Made by a program: the position numbers and the translations under genes. From a virus, in the IMG/VR virus record IMGVR_UViG_3300048838_001106, positions 32,001 to 96,000 of that record: a DNA stretch of 64,000 nt; one strand, given 5' to 3'. The notes beneath the pieces are model-generated. The model worked only from the letters and a program-made list of their open reading frames with translations. It was not told the DNA's origin and ran no database searches. Positions 29,658-38,631 of the stretch are shown here, piece after piece. The first letter of the stretch is position 1, and the number at the start of each line of letters is the position of its first letter.

Positions 29658-30533
29658 GTGGCGAAGCAACAGACACTCGACCACACTCATGCCCTGATAG
29701 CACGACTGCCGCTGTGGCCCGTAATACAGATATTGACCGAGGGTGGTTGTAGCAAAGAAGCTGAGTGGTACGTAAACAACGCCCACACTTTTCGAAATGA
29801 TAATTCAGGGCCATTCAAGAGCGCAGACAAGGCGCACACAATCTCCAGGCGGCTAGAAGCGCACATCTGGAACGTTAACTCGATGGGCAGCGAGATTACT
29901 GCCGCAGGGTACAACGAGTCTAACGCGTTTGGATGGGAGCTAAAGGACAGGATAGAGCGCGTGTGCCGTGGGGATATGACTCCTTCCGAAGCATTCGAGT
30001 CTCACGAGGCGTCGAGAACAGCGTTGTACAACACAGGAAGTAAGCATAGAGACCCGGAGATACGAGAGGCGCTATTGATGCGGCAGGCACTATGGAGAGA
30101 GTACGGTGCGGGAATGCTAAAGGCGACGCTGCCTGATGACCTGCATGCAATACACATCCCCGCATTGGGGTGTTCTCTGATCCTTATGGACAACGTGTAC
30201 GACGGGGAAAACCCTCTCACATACCTTCGGGCCCTGACAGTCGGCAGGCCTGTAGACAGTGGGATATGGGTAATGGCATCTCGCGATTGGCCAGTTGTGG
30301 CTAAAGCGCTACAGACTTTGAACAAAATGCCTGTAGAGATGTCCCGGCTGCTAGAGCCAGAATTCCCTGGCAACTTGTCGCGCGTTCATGAGCTAATGTA
30401 CCGGTACAAGCGTCACCGCATCACAGACGGCGACACGCTTATGTACCCAGGATACATCAAAGATCTGGATGCAGATCTGCTACCGCCTTATAAGCCCACA
30501 AAGGCAATTTTCCGGGAGAGTGATGCTCCCTAG
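29658..30533 (+). CDS. Hypothetical protein
   Basis: 291 aa; GGAGG SD. Confidence 0.6.
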   Translation: MAKQQTLDHTHALIARLPLWPVIQILTEGGCSKEAEWYVNNAHTFRNDNSGPFKSADKAHTISRRLEAHIWNVNSMGSEITAAGYNESNAFGWELKDRIERVCRGDMTPSEAFESHEASRTALYNTGSKHRDPEIREALLMRQALWREYGAGMLKATLPDDLHAIHIPALGCSLILMDNVYDGENPLTYLRALTVGRPVDSGIWVMASRDWPVVAKALQTLNKMPVEMSRLLEPEFPGNLSRVHELMYRYKRHRITDGDTLMYPGYIKDLDADLLPPYKPTKAIFRESDAP

Positions 30534-31119
30534 CGTGTCTAAGCTCCTCGATACGCTTGTTGAAGTACCTGGTTACCCAGCCCTTAAACGGCCACATCCA
30601 CAAATAGGTTGGACCTGTAAACTGGCTAGTGAGCCAAGTGATGTAGGTTGCGGGCACATTACCTCCTGTGTGTCGATACTGTGCTGCAAGGCTTACGGTG
30701 TAGCCTCTAAGCTCAGCCCAGGCCCTTCCTGGTGATGGGCACACAAGAAACGCGGCACACAGCAGCCACCAATGGCTGTACCAGATAGACAGCAGTGCCA
30801 GCGGTGCCAGCGCATTAGGCAGCAGATACGCGATGCGCAACAGCCAATTCAAATCTTCGATGTGTTGCGCTTCGTGCATCAACACAGGCGTACTGACGCG
30901 CTTAGACGGCGTGGCAATAGTTTTTCCTATTACCGTTGTGTAGCGTGTCATGTACGTGCGCTCGAATTTTAGTGGCGAGAAAGACAAGCGCCACGTCCAG
31001 ACAATCAACCAACTCAGTGCGATATGAAAGGCTGAGTCCTCTTTTTTAATCACGCGTGCACCGTACAGGGTGTGCAATTCACTGACGACAAAATCGTAAT
31101 CGTCGTAAGGAGTGTTCAT
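30457..31119 (-). CDS. Membrane-associated HExxH zinc metallopeptidase-like protein
   Basis: YTTVIG...VLMHEAQH...hydrophobic segment...AELRGY; likely start MNTPYDD. Confidence 0.65.
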   Translation of the reverse strand: MNTPYDDYDFVVSELHTLYGARVIKKEDSAFHIALSWLIVWTWRLSFSPLKFERTYMTRYTTVIGKTIATPSKRVSTPVLMHEAQHIEDLNWLLRIAYLLPNALAPLALLSIWYSHWWLLCAAFLVCPSPGRAWAELRGYTVSLAAQYRHTGGNVPATYITWLTSQFTGPTYLWMWPFKGWVTRYFNKRIEELRHAREHHSPGKLPLWAYKAVADLHPDL

Positions 31120-31336
31120 GAGTGTCCTTATGGGAAATGTACTTCGAATCCTGGCCGTTGGCGCCAGAGTACTGGCAAACACAGCGGCGGACAAGGAGAA
31201 GGTCGAGACCGTGATTGACATCGGATCTCGTATTTATGCGCATGCGCCGACGATATGTCCTTGCTGTCATGGTAAAGGAAAGGTATCACGACAGAAAGCA
31301 ATGGAAACGGAGATGGCGCTGAGGAAAGTACTATGA
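31118..31336 (+). CDS. Small protein with CxxCxGxG zinc-finger repeat
   Basis: CPCCHGKG; AAGGAG SD. Confidence 0.55.
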   Translation: MSVLMGNVLRILAVGARVLANTAADKEKVETVIDIGSRIYAHAPTICPCCHGKGKVSRQKAMETEMALRKVL

Positions 31337-31698
31337 AGAAGGTAGACCCGTTCAACATATCGCTGCCTGAAGACGTAGCTATCGGCATTACACCCATGCA
31401 GCCTGTGCGGCTCACATTGATGTGTATGCCATGTCGTCGTCCTCTGGAGCCAAGAAGTCAGGTGCCTCGGACAAACGTGCTGTTGATGTCGCAGTCCAGT
31501 GTTATGGAGTACGATATCATGCACGCGTGTCCTGCGTGCAATCGTCAGGTTTCGGTGCCGCACGCGTATCCATTGATAACCATGATGGATGCAGACGAAT
31601 TCGCACAGGCGACGCAGGCTGAAGACACTGACACCTCCGAAGAGATGGAACTCGTGAGCTCCATCCGAATCACCGCAGACGCCATCACTACTGAGTAA
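31333..31698 (+). CDS. Zinc-ribbon hypothetical protein
   Basis: CMPC...CPAC. Confidence 0.6.
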   Translation: MKKVDPFNISLPEDVAIGITPMQPVRLTLMCMPCRRPLEPRSQVPRTNVLLMSQSSVMEYDIMHACPACNRQVSVPHAYPLITMMDADEFAQATQAEDTDTSEEMELVSSIRITADAITTE

Positions 31699-31706
31699 GG
31701 GTTTTT

Positions 31707-32246
31707 ATGCTATTGTGGCTTGATCTCGAGACAACAGGACTCCATCCAGAGCGACACACGATTCTAGAGGTGGCTTGCATTCTAACCGACGACGACTTGA
31801 ACGAGAAGTCGCGCTGGGAGTCGATCGTGCGGCCTGGCGTGTCGGATGTCAGGCGTCTTATGGCGTTGACATCTGACGACTTCGTTATCGACATGCACAC
31901 CAAAAACGGTTTGCTAGACGAGATCAATGCAGGGCTGGGCGTGTCTATGGACGTAGCTGAGCAGGCCATCCTCAAATTAGTTGAGGGTATACCCAAGAAG
32001 GAGCTGTACCTTGCAGGAAACTCTGTTCACTTCGATATGCGATTTCTGCAGGAGCACATGCCATCACTGGCGAAGAAGCTAAGCTACCGCATGTTCGACG
32101 TGCGTGTATTGATGATGGTTGAAGACATGTGGTTGCCGGCCTTCACTGACAAAGGTGACCACGACGTAGTTCATCGCGCACTGGACGACATCGAGTGGTC
32201 ATTGGAGATGGCTCGACAGTATCGAGATCACTTCTCTAGCAAGTGA
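31707..32246 (+). CDS. orn: Oligoribonuclease (DEDDh 3'-5' exonuclease)
   Basis: LLWLDLETTGL, MHTKNGL, LAGNSVHFDMRFL, HRALDDI. Confidence 0.92.
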   Translation: MLLWLDLETTGLHPERHTILEVACILTDDDLNEKSRWESIVRPGVSDVRRLMALTSDDFVIDMHTKNGLLDEINAGLGVSMDVAEQAILKLVEGIPKKELYLAGNSVHFDMRFLQEHMPSLAKKLSYRMFDVRVLMMVEDMWLPAFTDKGDHDVVHRALDDIEWSLEMARQYRDHFSSK

Positions 32247-32276
32247 CTGTCACAAAGAACTTTGTTCAGAGACACG

Positions 32277-32307
32277 AAAAACGCGGCAATTGCCGCGTTT
32301 TTTTTTT
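32277..32307 (+). terminator. Intrinsic terminator (possibly bidirectional)
   Basis: aaaaacgcggc-aatt-gccgcg followed by T10. Confidence 0.85.
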
Positions 32308-32319
32308 GGAGAAATAGTG

Positions 32320-33561
32320 ATGAGAAGACCAAGTTATCGCGAGATCAGAAAGGCATTCATGTCCGCTGCGAGGGAGATGTTTGCGGTAAAGAAAGCGAGT
32401 GACGACGTTGACGTTTCATTGTTGCTGGAGGGCATACGGCGCAAGGGCATTAACCTTGATGCACTTCCGGACCACCCTTATGACAGGTACTACACGGCGT
32501 TGGGTGTGGAGCACACTGTGGACGCCACGGCGGCAGAGCATCCCGACGTTGTCGACACTGTAATTGGGATGAAATCAGACCACCCATCTATGGTGCAGTT
32601 GCTGACCACAGCATACGTCGCTAACGGGAAGAACACCTTCAAGCTCACACCAGACCTGTACAAGATGTTCATGCGCACTGACCTGCACAACATCTCGACG
32701 TCATTTATACCTCCGGCTCCGTTCGAGTGTTTTTACCTGGACACGACAGGCTGCGGTCTGTGGTTTGCGCGGTCGATAGACGGCGCGCCGGTGGAGGCCA
32801 ACGGCCTGTTTGTGCTGAGTGCTGTGCGCGGTGACAGCACTTACCTGCGTGTCATGTTGTGGTCAAAAGAGTCGGCGTTGCTTACTACAAAAGCCTGTGC
32901 AGACGATTTGGGGGAGGAGATGATGGCACAGGTTCAAGAACACATGGCTCGCTTAGACAGGACGAAGAGCGAGGAATTGTGGCAGGACGCGCATCTGATT
33001 AGTGGCATGGAATACACGAACACGGATGACACTATTGCGGTAGTCGACATGCTCGACAAGGCATACCACCACACATACAACGCCATTATGCGCTCTACAT
33101 CACCGAAAGGCAGCGCTTCCGGGTACTATGCTGTGCTACAGTCAAGCGCTGTCAGGGACACGATGTCTCTGGTGTTCAACGTGTTATTGTTCCTTGGAAC
33201 AGACCCAGAGATGCTTCCCGACGAGCACGCTGCGGAGCGAAAAAAGCTTCTGAAGATGTACAAGGCAGGCAGACTCGGCGGTGCGGAGATTACACCGGGC
33301 GCACGCAAAGCTCATCAGCGCCTGATGGAGATATCATCAACGAATGTGCGGCTGCTAACGGTGCCGAGGACTACAAAAACCGCAGGAAGGGCGGCATCTG
33401 AAGACTCCTCAGGTGTGAAGTTGCACTGGGTTAGAGGGCACTGGAGGCGTCAGCCGTACGGACCGAGAGACAGCCCTGAGTACAAGATGCTCTGGATCAG
33501 GCCTCACCAGAAGGGCGACAAGGCTCATGGTGAAGTCGCATCTAAGGTGTATTCATGGTAA
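32320..33561 (+). CDS. Hypothetical protein with C-terminal HWVRGHWR motif
   Basis: LHWVRGHWRRQPYGP...LWIRPHQKG; GGAG SD. Confidence 0.7.
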   Translation: MRRPSYREIRKAFMSAAREMFAVKKASDDVDVSLLLEGIRRKGINLDALPDHPYDRYYTALGVEHTVDATAAEHPDVVDTVIGMKSDHPSMVQLLTTAYVANGKNTFKLTPDLYKMFMRTDLHNISTSFIPPAPFECFYLDTTGCGLWFARSIDGAPVEANGLFVLSAVRGDSTYLRVMLWSKESALLTTKACADDLGEEMMAQVQEHMARLDRTKSEELWQDAHLISGMEYTNTDDTIAVVDMLDKAYHHTYNAIMRSTSPKGSASGYYAVLQSSAVRDTMSLVFNVLLFLGTDPEMLPDEHAAERKKLLKMYKAGRLGGAEITPGARKAHQRLMEISSTNVRLLTVPRTTKTAGRAASEDSSGVKLHWVRGHWRRQPYGPRDSPEYKMLWIRPHQKGDKAHGEVASKVYSW

Positions 33562-33571
33562 AAGGAAGTAC

Positions 33572-33850
33572 ATGGTAACAATGATTCAAGCACATTACAT
33601 GGTCATTGCGGTCGAGGGCGCACACCATGAGTTAGTAGACGCACTCAAAGAGGTGTACCACGACGACGTATTTGCAGAGGTAATGGACAGGCAGGCAGCA
33701 GTCGACTACCAGGAAGCCAAACTTCGAATGGTGCCAAGCCCCGTTGTAATACAACTGAAAAGCCTTGAAGGCAAAACAGACACGCTGATGGAGCTCGTCC
33801 AAACGTGTGTGCTAGCCTCGAAGGATGACGGGGGCCGCAACGTACACTGA
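33572..33850 (+). CDS. Hypothetical protein
   Basis: AAGGA SD. Confidence 0.5.
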   Translation: MVTMIQAHYMVIAVEGAHHELVDALKEVYHDDVFAEVMDRQAAVDYQEAKLRMVPSPVVIQLKSLEGKTDTLMELVQTCVLASKDDGGRNVH

Positions 33851-34007
33851 ACATTGACGCCGAGGCGCACAATGTTGTACAACGACAGCGCAGCGCAACG
33901 CTGCTCCCAAGGGCTCACGCCCTTCACATACGCCGCACAAACAAGAGAGGCAGCTTCTAACGAGGCTGTCTTTCTTGTTTGTGCGGCTGCAACACAGGAG
34001 ACACCTA

Positions 34008-34412
34008 ATGGACCCGTTTCGCCTAGAACAAGAATGTCTAGGCACGATTCTCGTCACTACGCACGCACAGGAGCGGTTTGCAGAAGCATTGGAAGCTGCG
34101 GGAGTAGAGCTCCCCAAAGGCAAGAAGCCTACAGACGACGTCAAGGCCAAGTACGAAAAGGCCGTTCGATCCCACATGAAAATCTTTTTACATGGTGCGA
34201 AAGAGTACGAACGAAAGAATCGTGTACAACAACTGGCAGCGCACGGCGCGGATGCTCGCTACTTCATTCTTCGAAAGCGCGGTGTCATATTCGTGCTGTG
34301 CAAACCTGGCCCGTCTCACGCTGATTACTACAGCGAAGAGCTCGACCTGATTATGGTCACGGCCTATCAAAAGGAAAAGTCTGAGATAGACTTTGTGTAC
34401 AAAAAGCTATGA
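34008..34412 (+). CDS. Hypothetical protein
   Basis: AGGAG SD; TTHAQERF...IMVTAY loosely resembles small RNase-fold phage proteins. Confidence 0.55.
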   Translation: MDPFRLEQECLGTILVTTHAQERFAEALEAAGVELPKGKKPTDDVKAKYEKAVRSHMKIFLHGAKEYERKNRVQQLAAHGADARYFILRKRGVIFVLCKPGPSHADYYSEELDLIMVTAYQKEKSEIDFVYKKL

Positions 34413-35077
34413 CTAAGAAAGACTTAATAGACTTCGTTCCTGCGAGTGACTACATGCAGCCAGACATCCACGATGACCTGGCTTCCGGTGTGTCTTTGTC
34501 GGACACGCTGTCATGGGTGCCGGCACCTGTTGTCGAGCCGGAAGAGGACCAGGAGACGTTCCTGGAGTATGTCGAAAAGTGGCAGCGGCGAATCAACACT
34601 ATCAACAGCGCGATGGATGTCATTGGCATGTTTGGATTCACAGGCGCAGGTGCGCGATGGCTGCAGAAAGAGGGCTGGCTGTTTCCAAAAATGAGTGCAG
34701 CGCAGACCTACATGCTGTCGACACATCACTCGGTTATGCGCGGAGGGCCTGGCAGCTTTCAGCGTTGGGTTGCAGCACGCGACGGTGCTACGCCGCAAGA
34801 CAGAGTAGCGTCCAGAGACTGGAGGTGCTCCGTCAACATGGCCGCGCTATGGTACCTGTCGAAAGACCCGAGGACAGTGATGAAGATGAACGCGTTCACA
34901 CGTGCAGAGATCGTCAGGGGGCCGTGTCAGGAGAAAGACCTGCTGGACCTTGCCGACCAGAGAATTGCAGAGCTGTATGGTCTCGAAGACGCCGACTGGC
35001 TGTTGGACAGCTATGCGATGCTGTCTAGCGTGGCGCCTCTTGAGGAGCTGGTAAAACACAGCAGGCTCCCAGACTAG
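34409..35077 (+). CDS. Hypothetical protein
   Basis: ATGA overlap. Confidence 0.6.
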   Translation: MTKKDLIDFVPASDYMQPDIHDDLASGVSLSDTLSWVPAPVVEPEEDQETFLEYVEKWQRRINTINSAMDVIGMFGFTGAGARWLQKEGWLFPKMSAAQTYMLSTHHSVMRGGPGSFQRWVAARDGATPQDRVASRDWRCSVNMAALWYLSKDPRTVMKMNAFTRAEIVRGPCQEKDLLDLADQRIAELYGLEDADWLLDSYAMLSSVAPLEELVKHSRLPD

Positions 35078-35090
35078 ACAGGAGACACAC

Positions 35091-35495
35091 ATGTCCATGT
35101 ATTCGGTAAGCCAGCAGATAGACAGTTATGAGAAAATTCTGGGGCGCGCACAGAAGTGGATACGAAGAGATAAGCAGATGCGGGCGAACATGTTCAGGTC
35201 ATCAAGGCTTGTGGCTATGTGCGTGGTGGTGAGTCTTGGGTCACACATAAGCATTCTGGATACTGGTCAGTTCTGGTTTTTCTACGGATCTGCAGCCAGG
35301 TTCCCTGTGAAGACAAGCGCACCTACGGTGAAACGCTTGAGCTCTGGGTCCGTCAGGATCACTGTGTCAGTCCATCTGCCTCACGAGATGTACTCATTTC
35401 TTATCGGAGATGAGGCGGCGCGCCAAAAATTCAAGCTATGGAATCCATATCTTGGCGTTGCTTTCGACCTGCATAGCGTCGCCAGCACGTTCTGA
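35091..35495 (+). CDS. Hypothetical protein
   Basis: AGGAG SD. Confidence 0.55.
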   Translation: MSMYSVSQQIDSYEKILGRAQKWIRRDKQMRANMFRSSRLVAMCVVVSLGSHISILDTGQFWFFYGSAARFPVKTSAPTVKRLSSGSVRITVSVHLPHEMYSFLIGDEAARQKFKLWNPYLGVAFDLHSVASTF

Positions 35496-35523
35496 TTCAT
35501 CAACCTTAAAAAATGGAGGGCTC

Positions 35524-36024
35524 ATGCGTACTCGCATACCTGTCGATACGGAGTTTGCGTATCGCAGCGAAGAAGAGGACGAGCCTAATGAACAGTGGTG
35601 TCGTGTGTTGAGAGGCGGTTCGATACACGTCGTGTCTGGAATCGTACAAGACTCGTGGGCAACGCTTGCGCTGTCAAAGCACGTCACAGCAGTGCCCCAG
35701 GTGGAGATCCACGTCTACCAAAACTCGTCGCTAGATCCTGGCAGAAAGGTATCAAGGATGAAGGTGCTGCAGGGACTGACTCTTTTGTCCTCGCTGACTG
35801 TGACGCGCCTGGAAAACTACAATGGTACTGCAACCACCGCGGCTAAACTCGACGGAATCCTTGCCATGTCGTGGCTAGCGAACCGTGAGTATGCGTACCT
35901 AAACACAGACATAGCCAAGTTAGATGCGCAGGTGCGTCTCAAAGTGCCGTCTCTCGACGAGGTGTTTGTATTGCCTTACCTGACCGTAACCACACTAGAG
36001 AGGACTGCGTGGACACGAGCATAG
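35524..36024 (+). CDS. Hypothetical protein
   Basis: GGAGG SD before MRTRIP. Confidence 0.55.
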   Translation: MRTRIPVDTEFAYRSEEEDEPNEQWCRVLRGGSIHVVSGIVQDSWATLALSKHVTAVPQVEIHVYQNSSLDPGRKVSRMKVLQGLTLLSSLTVTRLENYNGTATTAAKLDGILAMSWLANREYAYLNTDIAKLDAQVRLKVPSLDEVFVLPYLTVTTLERTAWTRA

Positions 36025-36443
36025 CGATGATCCTGCAGGCCAGGCACACCACAAAGTGGCGCACGCACTCAGCTATTCTGCATCAGCATAGGCAGGGTAT
36101 TGGCGTGCTTAACGCGTACAAGCTCGTGCTTCGACAAGAATACATAGCTTGTGGGCCTACTAACGGCGCAGGCGCACATGCTAAGGTGCACAACCATCTA
36201 CATTTGATAGCCCGGTCTCCAATGCCGTTAGATGCAACGTATCCAGCGTGGATCATTCGCATCGTTGGGTGGACGGCAAATGTCTACGAACACAGAGGGC
36301 AGGATGTGTTCGACGTGTACGCGTCCTGTATCTTATCGATTGCAAACAAGCCACAAGTGATCGGGTCAAAGCACGATATCATCGGGGTCAGCTGCCGCAA
36401 CATACCGTTTCAGATCGGATATCCTAAAACAATTTGGAGTTAA
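36009..36443 (+). CDS. Hypothetical protein
   Basis: GAGGA SD; packing. Confidence 0.5.
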   Translation: MDTSIAMILQARHTTKWRTHSAILHQHRQGIGVLNAYKLVLRQEYIACGPTNGAGAHAKVHNHLHLIARSPMPLDATYPAWIIRIVGWTANVYEHRGQDVFDVYASCILSIANKPQVIGSKHDIIGVSCRNIPFQIGYPKTIWS

Positions 36444-36447
36444 CAAC

Positions 36448-37416
36448 ATGAAAAGCTTGGACATTAGATACACAGACGAGAAGCAGGTGGCGCACACTAT
36501 TCACGCGCGTGTGCCCGACGCTGTCAAAGACGGCAAGGTGGGCGCTGTAGTTATTCACTTTGCTGACGATGGCGCCAAGAAGCTGTTCGACTGCAGCGCC
36601 ATCAACATGTCTACCAGCAACTACCTGGTGCTGCCTTTTGTCAACAATTCACTCGAGTTCACAGACAAGGCGATGCGCGTGTTCGGCGTAAACAGCACGC
36701 ATCCGCTGGTTGTTGAGTACTGTGCGAAGCAAAAATCTGTCAAAAATGCAGTGCCATTCAGTGAAATGCTCCGGATCTTAAACGCACGGAAGGCGTCCAG
36801 TCTGGCTAAGAAAAAGACGCATAACCAGAGAAGGCACTCAGTCAGTCTTCGAGTTCTGAATTTCCTGACAGCGCAACGTGGTCAGTGGGGCTACGTGACT
36901 GAAGACGAAGGCAGGATTGTAGTGCTGAGAGTCGCATACGATGCGAATACTGCTAAAAATCTTGGCATGTATCAGGCGTGGACCGAGAAGCACCAGGCGC
37001 CCAAAGCGACGCGACAGCTTGACTTGCCCATAAGTGGCGCCGTGGCACAAGGCGGAAAAAGCACACAGAATGCGTCGTTACGCTCAGCTATTGAGACCGA
37101 CGTTGCCTCCGCCGACTACATTGACGAAGGCGCACAGGCCTTGACTGAGATACTGCGAGACCTGCAGTGTCTGGAGAACATCTTTGACCGCCTCGGTCAA
37201 GACACCCTGACTATCAAACATCAAACACCGCCAGCACATTATGCCGTGCGGGACTTGATCTGCGACGGCGGTATAGTAGGGCCATATCTGCGCAGTATTT
37301 GGACCAGAACAGGAGGCGGCGAAGTGGCCAGGTATGAGGTGGAGGTGCTGAGGAAGTACATCGAGTATCGCATCGCTGTCTATGACGCCATGAAGCACCT
37401 ACTATCCAGGGGATGA
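36448..37416 (+). CDS. Hypothetical protein
   Basis: 322 aa; GGAG SD. Confidence 0.65.
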   Translation: MKSLDIRYTDEKQVAHTIHARVPDAVKDGKVGAVVIHFADDGAKKLFDCSAINMSTSNYLVLPFVNNSLEFTDKAMRVFGVNSTHPLVVEYCAKQKSVKNAVPFSEMLRILNARKASSLAKKKTHNQRRHSVSLRVLNFLTAQRGQWGYVTEDEGRIVVLRVAYDANTAKNLGMYQAWTEKHQAPKATRQLDLPISGAVAQGGKSTQNASLRSAIETDVASADYIDEGAQALTEILRDLQCLENIFDRLGQDTLTIKHQTPPAHYAVRDLICDGGIVGPYLRSIWTRTGGGEVARYEVEVLRKYIEYRIAVYDAMKHLLSRG

Positions 37417-37817
37417 GCATGTACATTGAAGCCAGTCCGCTGAACACAGTGATTTACGGTGGGACAGCGCAGCCTGTTGATATGGATGCTGTGCTTCGCC
37501 GTGGGCAACAGTTGTGGTGGGTACTCAAGGTCGGAGGTGCTCCCATCACCATAGGCTCTCGAATACGGCACACGCAATACGTTCGCACATCTCTTAAGGA
37601 AATCAGCCAGAGCACAGAAACTCTGACCGAGCCTGGACGTTACGTGATTGGGGTAGGGAGTCTGGAGTCAGGCAGGCGCCTGGCACTCCGTGTCGCAAGG
37701 GACGGACGCATTACGTGGGTGGACTACGCAGAGACGGGTCTGCAGGGTGCACAACTTGAAAAAACGTTAGAGGCGCTACGTGCGCTTGAACATCACAGTG
37801 AGAATACAAATGAGTAA
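37413..37817 (+). CDS. Hypothetical protein
   Basis: ATGA overlap. Confidence 0.6.
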   Translation: MSMYIEASPLNTVIYGGTAQPVDMDAVLRRGQQLWWVLKVGGAPITIGSRIRHTQYVRTSLKEISQSTETLTEPGRYVIGVGSLESGRRLALRVARDGRITWVDYAETGLQGAQLEKTLEALRALEHHSENTNE

Positions 37818-38565
37818 GAAAAAAGCTTGCGCCAAATGCCCTTTTCGCCAGGAAAATTTCGACAAGCTGTCCGGTTCAGACTTGCTGCAGTACACAGAAG
37901 CAGCACGTCTGGAAGAGGCTGTCACGTGCTGTTCTAAGTCCGTGACAGGCGACGCAGCGTGGCGCCAAAAGCTGATTGATGTAGGGCAGGCAGACCACTG
38001 TGCAGGTTATCTTGCCAGTCTGCATTTGGACCAGAAAGTGCCACGCAACAAGAAGCTGAAAGCCGCAATGTGGCGTGTGCACACAAAGGGAATTGTTCGA
38101 TTCAATGAGGTACAAGAGAAGGTAGACTCATACTACGAAGTTACTGATGAGTCTCAAGACAGCGTCGAAGATGGCGACACCTCTCTGGGCACCGAAGAGT
38201 GTTCGCAGGCGCAGGCGACGGCGCCTGAGCTGACAAGTCACATGCATGCTTTTCTGGAGCGCATCAAGCAGCACATCAGCACTGAGTGCGCAGATCTAAT
38301 CGAGATCAGCACACAGAACGCTGATGCACTGCTCGCAGACTATGCTGCCCGTGGATGGCAAGATGACCACGAAGAAGGTCTGCATCTTGGTGTGCTATGC
38401 AAGCCAACTACACAGACCAGTCGGTTGCTGTCTATGGGGCTCGCGCAATCGATAGACGTCATGCTAAAGCATCTATCGTCAGACCCGGAGAATCCTGAGA
38501 TTCTTGAGATGCTTATCAGCTATCTTGTGCTGTACAAGATAGCGCTGGCGTTGCGCGGCGCGTGA
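37810..38565 (+). CDS. Cys-rich (CxxCPFR...C...HCAG) zinc-binding hypothetical protein
   Basis: ACAKCPFR...TCCSK...HCAG N-terminal domain. Confidence 0.6.
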   Translation: MSKKKACAKCPFRQENFDKLSGSDLLQYTEAARLEEAVTCCSKSVTGDAAWRQKLIDVGQADHCAGYLASLHLDQKVPRNKKLKAAMWRVHTKGIVRFNEVQEKVDSYYEVTDESQDSVEDGDTSLGTEECSQAQATAPELTSHMHAFLERIKQHISTECADLIEISTQNADALLADYAARGWQDDHEEGLHLGVLCKPTTQTSRLLSMGLAQSIDVMLKHLSSDPENPEILEMLISYLVLYKIALALRGA

Positions 38566-38589
38566 CAAGCACGCACACTACATTCGCAC

Positions 38590-38613
38590 GGGCGCTTCAG
38601 CCCATTTTTTTTT
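38590..38613 (+). terminator. Weak intrinsic terminator
   Basis: gggc-gcttca-gccc followed by aT9. Confidence 0.5.
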
Positions 38614-38631
38614 ACCACCAAGGGAGGACTG

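Noticed and set aside
29655-29660. Stop-codon readthrough or recoding (TAA-GTG here, TAG-ATG at 41026-41031)
   Set aside because: The downstream genes have their own SD-like sequences, and long genes are intact under code 11 with all three stop codons in use.
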